Shown here piece after piece: positions 28,398-32,000 of a DNA stretch of 32,000 nucleotides. The notes beneath the pieces are model-generated. The model did not search any database and was not told where the DNA came from. It was given only the letters and a program-made list of their open reading frames with translations. The stretch is from Demequinaceae bacterium (GTDB lineage Bacteria; Actinomycetota; Actinomycetes; Actinomycetales; Demequinaceae): positions 1,080,001-1,112,000 of the forward strand of contig OZ252279.1 of NCBI GenBank assembly GCA_965250005.1, given 5' to 3'. Within the stretch, counting starts at the first letter, position 1, and each line of letters begins with the position of its first letter. The translations under genes were made by a program, and so were the position numbers.

Positions 28398-29054
28398 CTA
28401 GACGATGCGCCGCTGAGCAGCCCAGTGCGCGAGTTCGTGACGGTTGGACAACTGTAGTTTCCGGAGCACAGCGCTCACATGAGTTTCCACTGTCTTGACT
28501 GAAATGAAGAGGTTCTCGCCGACTTCTCGGTACGTGTACCCACGGGCAATGAGCCGCATGACTTCTTGCTCGCGCGCAGTCAGTTTGTCTAGATCCTCGT
28601 CTACCATGGCGACGTCGCCAGCGGCCGCGCCGAACGCATCGAGCACGAATCCTGCGAGCCGCGGCGAAAACACGGCGTCTCCCGTCGCGACCCGCTTGAC
28701 GGAGTCCGTGAGCTCCGGCCCGGAAATCGACTTGGTGACGTAGCCACGGGCACCGGCGCGCACCACGGCCACAACATCTTCCGCCGCATCAGATACGGAC
28801 AGGGCCAGGAAGACGGGGGCTTCGGGACGCTTGAGGCACGCGTCGAGCACATCCAGGGCACCGCCGCCAGTGCCCCCGGGCATGTGCACATCGAGGATCA
28901 CCACGTCCGGCTTGTGCTCGGCAACGGCAGCGATGGCGCTCTCCACGTCGCGTGCCTCGCCGAGCACCTCGATATCGTCTCCGAGGGACTCGCGGACGCC
29001 AACCCGAATCACGTCGTGGTCGTCCACAATCACTACGCGCACATTGTTGCTCAT
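28398..29054 (-). CDS. NarL/FixJ (LuxR-type) response regulator
   Basis: VVIVDDHDVIRVGVRESL, DVVILDVHMPGG, and LTAREQEVMRLIARGYTYREVGENLFISVKTVETHVSAVLRKLQLSNR. Confidence 0.95.
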   Translation of the reverse strand: MSNNVRVVIVDDHDVIRVGVRESLGDDIEVLGEARDVESAIAAVAEHKPDVVILDVHMPGGTGGGALDVLDACLKRPEAPVFLALSVSDAAEDVVAVVRAGARGYVTKSISGPELTDSVKRVATGDAVFSPRLAGFVLDAFGAAAGDVAMVDEDLDKLTAREQEVMRLIARGYTYREVGENLFISVKTVETHVSAVLRKLQLSNRHELAHWAAQRRIV

Positions 29055-30106
29055 CGTTCGGCCTCCTCGCGGTCCACGTCCCGTGGAGTGGTGGCAAGCG
29101 GCATCGAGATATGGATCTCCGTGCGCTTGCCCTTCCTTGACGTTACCGTGGCGAGCCCCCCGTGGCGCTCCACCCTCCCGAGAATCGATTGACGGATTCC
29201 CATCCGGTCCGCTGGGACTCTCTTGGGGTTGAAACCTGGACCCGAGTCGCGGATATAGACCTCGAGGCGACCGCCCGTGACCTCGGCGTAGACCGAGATG
29301 GGTGACTCGCCGTGGCGAGCGGCATTTGACGCAGCCTCGCGGGCAGCCTTGACCGCGGCGCGCAAGTGGTGGTCCGTCGGCGCGTCACCCACGGTGACCG
29401 CGTCGATCGCGATTCCGTGCGCATCCTCGACCTCACTGATGGCTTTCGCAAGCGCCGTGGCAACCGACTCCTCAGCAGAGAGAGCGTCCTGGTACAGGTA
29501 GCTGCGCAAGTCCCGCTCCTGCGAGCGCGCCAGCTTGGCAACCATCGCTGGATCCTCCGCGTGTTTGCGGATGAGCGTCAGCGTTTGCAAAACCGAATCG
29601 TGCAGGTGGGCGGCAATTTCCGCGCGCTCAAACTCGCGCACTCGCTGGCGCCTCTCGAAGCTGACCTGTCGGATGAGCCGCACCCACCAGGGAGCGAACA
29701 GCAGCAGCAGGGCCGCGATTATCGCCGACGGCATCATGATCCCGCGCACCACCGGCTGCCCCGTAAACTCCCAGCGGGAAAACCACCACATCCCGAAGAT
29801 CGCGAGCCCAAATCCGACCAGCACGCGCGGCCAGTGCTCGCGCGAGAAGAGGTTGACCACGACCTCCGGCCGGCGGGCGTCGCCGCCGGAAGCCTCATCG
29901 AGAGGGCTCCACACCAACGCGATGCCGGTACCGAAGGCGACGAGCGGGACGACCCACGGGCCAATCCACTCAAGGGCGAACCGCTCGGAGGCGAGCGCCA
30001 GCGCAATGCTCAGCAAGCCTGCGCCCATCACCAGGCGCGGCCACTCCGAAGGCTCGCTCCTGCGCTCCAGGCGCCCAACCACTCGCGTTCGCTGCTGTTC
30101 GGTCAC
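29051..30106 (-). CDS. Sensor histidine kinase, HisKA_3 family
   Basis: EIAAHLHDSVLQTLTLIRKHA phosphoacceptor box, KAAREAASNAARHG N-box; GTG start preferred at 30106; 4-bp overlap with the regulator gene. Confidence 0.9.
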   Translation of the reverse strand: MTEQQRTRVVGRLERRSEPSEWPRLVMGAGLLSIALALASERFALEWIGPWVVPLVAFGTGIALVWSPLDEASGGDARRPEVVVNLFSREHWPRVLVGFGLAIFGMWWFSRWEFTGQPVVRGIMMPSAIIAALLLLFAPWWVRLIRQVSFERRQRVREFERAEIAAHLHDSVLQTLTLIRKHAEDPAMVAKLARSQERDLRSYLYQDALSAEESVATALAKAISEVEDAHGIAIDAVTVGDAPTDHHLRAAVKAAREAASNAARHGESPISVYAEVTGGRLEVYIRDSGPGFNPKRVPADRMGIRQSILGRVERHGGLATVTSRKGKRTEIHISMPLATTPRDVDREEAER

Positions 30107-30197
30107 AACCCAATCGTCACACAAAGGGGATCGCCATTCATCCCTCCGGACCACATCTCAGAGCCATTCTCGGACAGTTCAGGGTCAATCTCAGGGG

Positions 30198-30226
30198 TTT
30201 ACCTAATAGTCAGGCGCGGGTATAGA
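30198..30226 (+). promoter_or_regulatory. Putative promoter of the PspC-domain gene
   Basis: TTTACC (30198-30203), 17 nt, TATAGA (30221-30226); upstream direct repeat TCAGGG at 30179-30184 and 30191-30196. Confidence 0.5.
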
Positions 30227-30262
30227 CGGAATTCTGGAAGCATCAGTCAACTAGGAGGAATC

Positions 30263-31606
30263 GTGAGCACATCATCCGAGGAGCCCCGCCAGGAGGCGGC
30301 GTTCTTCAGCACCATTCGCAATTGGGGCGTGACGCGAGGACCCAATGGGGTCATCGGCGGCGTCATCGAGGGCGTCGGCGACAGAATCGGCATGGACAAA
30401 CTTCCCGCACGCATCATCGCGGTGGCCGGCGCCATCATCCTGAGCGGCCTCGTCCTGCCGGCCTACGCCGCCGCCTGGGGCTTACTGCCAGACCGCGACG
30501 GAAACATCATCATCCAGAACTTCGGGCGAGGCCGCCCCAACGTGGGCGCACTCATCGGAATCGTCATCATCTTGCTCATCGCGCCAGGCATGTCTGACGG
30601 CTGGGGCGGGCCGTGGGGCAACAACCACGGCTTCTGGGGCGGCGGCTTCATCAGCGCGCTGTTACTCGCGGGCATCGCTGGCCTGATCGTCTGGCTCGTG
30701 CTGCGCGGTCGCGACAAGCCCAACACAGACGGGTCCGGCCCGGTTTACGCCGTTCCGCCCGCAGCGTCCGGCGCCAAGGCCACATCTGGCGCGACCGCTG
30801 GCAAGGCCTCCTCGACCTCGGGGAAAGCCACCAAGGGCGCGCCAAAGGGCTCCGCAGCGGCGTCCCAGCCGGCCTCCGCTCGCGCGGCGGGAACAGCGCC
30901 GCCTACTCCGCCGGCTCCCCCCACCACCTTCCATCGGCGCCGGACGCCGGGCCCCGGCCGAGCCCTCTACTTGTTCACTCTTGCCGCAGCCGTCTTTGCT
31001 GGCGCTGTGATCTGGTGGCTCGACCGCGAGGGTCAACTCGAGGTGGTTGCGCAGGCGGCGTGGCTCGCTGTCCTGGTCCCGATCGTGGGTGTCGCCATCA
31101 TGATTTCCGGCGCCGCCGGTCGTCGGGTCGGGTTTCTCGGGTTCCTCGCGACCGTTCTGGTCATTGGTTGGGCCATTGGCCTCCTCGTGGTCCCGCAAGC
31201 GCGCGACTGGGTGGACAACCACGTAGACATCAGGGTCAACGGAGAATCAGTCTCGATTGACGACTTCAACGATAACGACCTTTGGAACCAGTTGTTCGTG
31301 TGCCATGAGTTCAGCGAGTCCGGTGCGTCCGCAATTGCGGACGGTGCCGCGCAGGTAGTCGCCACAGACTCGACGACCAGGATCGAGGTGACTGCGGCAA
31401 ATACCATCATCTCGGTTCCGCGGGACACCCACCTCACCGTCACGTCGGAATCGGCCTCGATCGATGGGGTCATCTACTGGGAGGAGTTCAACCTCCGCTG
31501 CGACCTAGAGGGCACCGGAGAGGTCATCACTTTGGGGGGCGATGGCCGCAGCATTGAGCTCGTCGTCTCCAACTCAGACGCACGCATCGTCATTGAGGAG
31601 AACTGA
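30263..31606 (+). CDS. PspC-domain membrane protein with toastrack-like C-terminal region
   Basis: RBS AGGAGG and GTG start at 30263; RGPNGVIGGVIEGVGDRIGMDKLPARIIAVAGAIILSGLVLPAYAAAWGLLPD matches the PspC pattern. The track ORF from 29366 is over-extended. Confidence 0.85.
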   Translation: MSTSSEEPRQEAAFFSTIRNWGVTRGPNGVIGGVIEGVGDRIGMDKLPARIIAVAGAIILSGLVLPAYAAAWGLLPDRDGNIIIQNFGRGRPNVGALIGIVIILLIAPGMSDGWGGPWGNNHGFWGGGFISALLLAGIAGLIVWLVLRGRDKPNTDGSGPVYAVPPAASGAKATSGATAGKASSTSGKATKGAPKGSAAASQPASARAAGTAPPTPPAPPTTFHRRRTPGPGRALYLFTLAAAVFAGAVIWWLDREGQLEVVAQAAWLAVLVPIVGVAIMISGAAGRRVGFLGFLATVLVIGWAIGLLVVPQARDWVDNHVDIRVNGESVSIDDFNDNDLWNQLFVCHEFSESGASAIADGAAQVVATDSTTRIEVTAANTIISVPRDTHLTVTSESASIDGVIYWEEFNLRCDLEGTGEVITLGGDGRSIELVVSNSDARIVIEEN

Positions 31607-31607
31607 C

Positions 31608-31841
31608 ATGAGCATCGTCGACATTGAAACCAAGTACCGCAACGTGGCTCAGCGAGTCACCACCATGCTGTGGGGGCTGCTGATCGTTGGCTTCGGCGGA
31701 GTCGTGATCGCAGACCTATCGGGATACAACTTCGACGTGGAGCTAGCGGGCATCATTGCACTAGCTCTGCTGGGCGGCTGGATTCTTGCCTCGGCGCTAG
31801 TCGCGATGATCCCAGGCAAGAGTTTGAGCAAGACCAAGTAG
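31608..31841 (+). CDS. Small two-TM membrane protein
   Basis: 77 aa, MSIVDIETKYRNVAQRVTTMLWGLLIVGFGG...; begins 1 nt after the PspC-gene stop, so probably co-transcribed. Confidence 0.7.
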   Translation: MSIVDIETKYRNVAQRVTTMLWGLLIVGFGGVVIADLSGYNFDVELAGIIALALLGGWILASALVAMIPGKSLSKTK

Positions 31842-31866
31842 AGAGAGACGCGCACTCGCGAGGTGG

Positions 31867-32000
31867 CTAGCCTGCCGCCGCGCGGGTGCGCACTTTGTTG
31901 CGCCCCGCCTCTTTCGCTTCGTAAAGCGCTGCGTCGGCGCGGCGGATCGCATCCGTGCCCTCGGTAGATCCGGCCCCGACGCCAATCGACACGGTCACGT
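31867..32000 (-). CDS. GGDEF-domain protein C-terminus, truncated by the right window edge
   Basis: Reverse-strand translation gives VTVSIGVGAGSTEGTDAIRRADAALYEAKEAGRNKVRTRAAAG*; missed by the ORF track because no start codon lies in the window. Confidence 0.88.
   Translation of the reverse strand, partial: VTVSIGVGAGSTEGTDAIRRADAALYEAKEAGRNKVRTRAAAG

Noticed and set aside
29366-30262. Upstream extension of the plus-strand 746-aa ORF
   Set aside because: This part is antisense to the kinase. The true start is the GTG at 30263 with an AGGAGG ribosome-binding site and a promoter just upstream.

Overview
This is a high-GC actinobacterial chromosomal segment, Micrococcales-like by gene content and order. 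Most of it is ordinary core genome. Left to right it carries: a sugar ABC transporter cluster (two permeases and a lipoprotein SBP) with a ROK regulator; mdh-icd; a MIP channel; DUF3017-like/purH/purN/DUF6350-like; sucD-sucC; a NarL/LuxR two-component system divergent from an MMPL transporter; a polytopic GT-C-like membrane protein; a DUF2510-type membrane protein containing 20 perfect copies of a 15-bp repeat; L-lactate dehydrogenase; a DEAD-box helicase; a PcrA/UvrD helicase; a GAF-GGDEF protein flanked by a GGDEF remnant; and a second two-component system divergent from a PspC/toastrack-like envelope-stress gene. A further GGDEF gene is cut by the right edge. I see no CRISPR array, tRNA/rRNA, transposase, phage or recognisable defence system. 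I do not find convincing evidence for an entirely new biological system. The best second-look items are the (PGAVQ)20 VNTR, a leaderless autoregulatory-looking ROK promoter/operator, a 13-bp-stem intra-operon hairpin next to a 13-bp palindrome in the ABC operon, the PspC two-component module, the GGDEF remnant, and a 104-bp convergent gene overlap.
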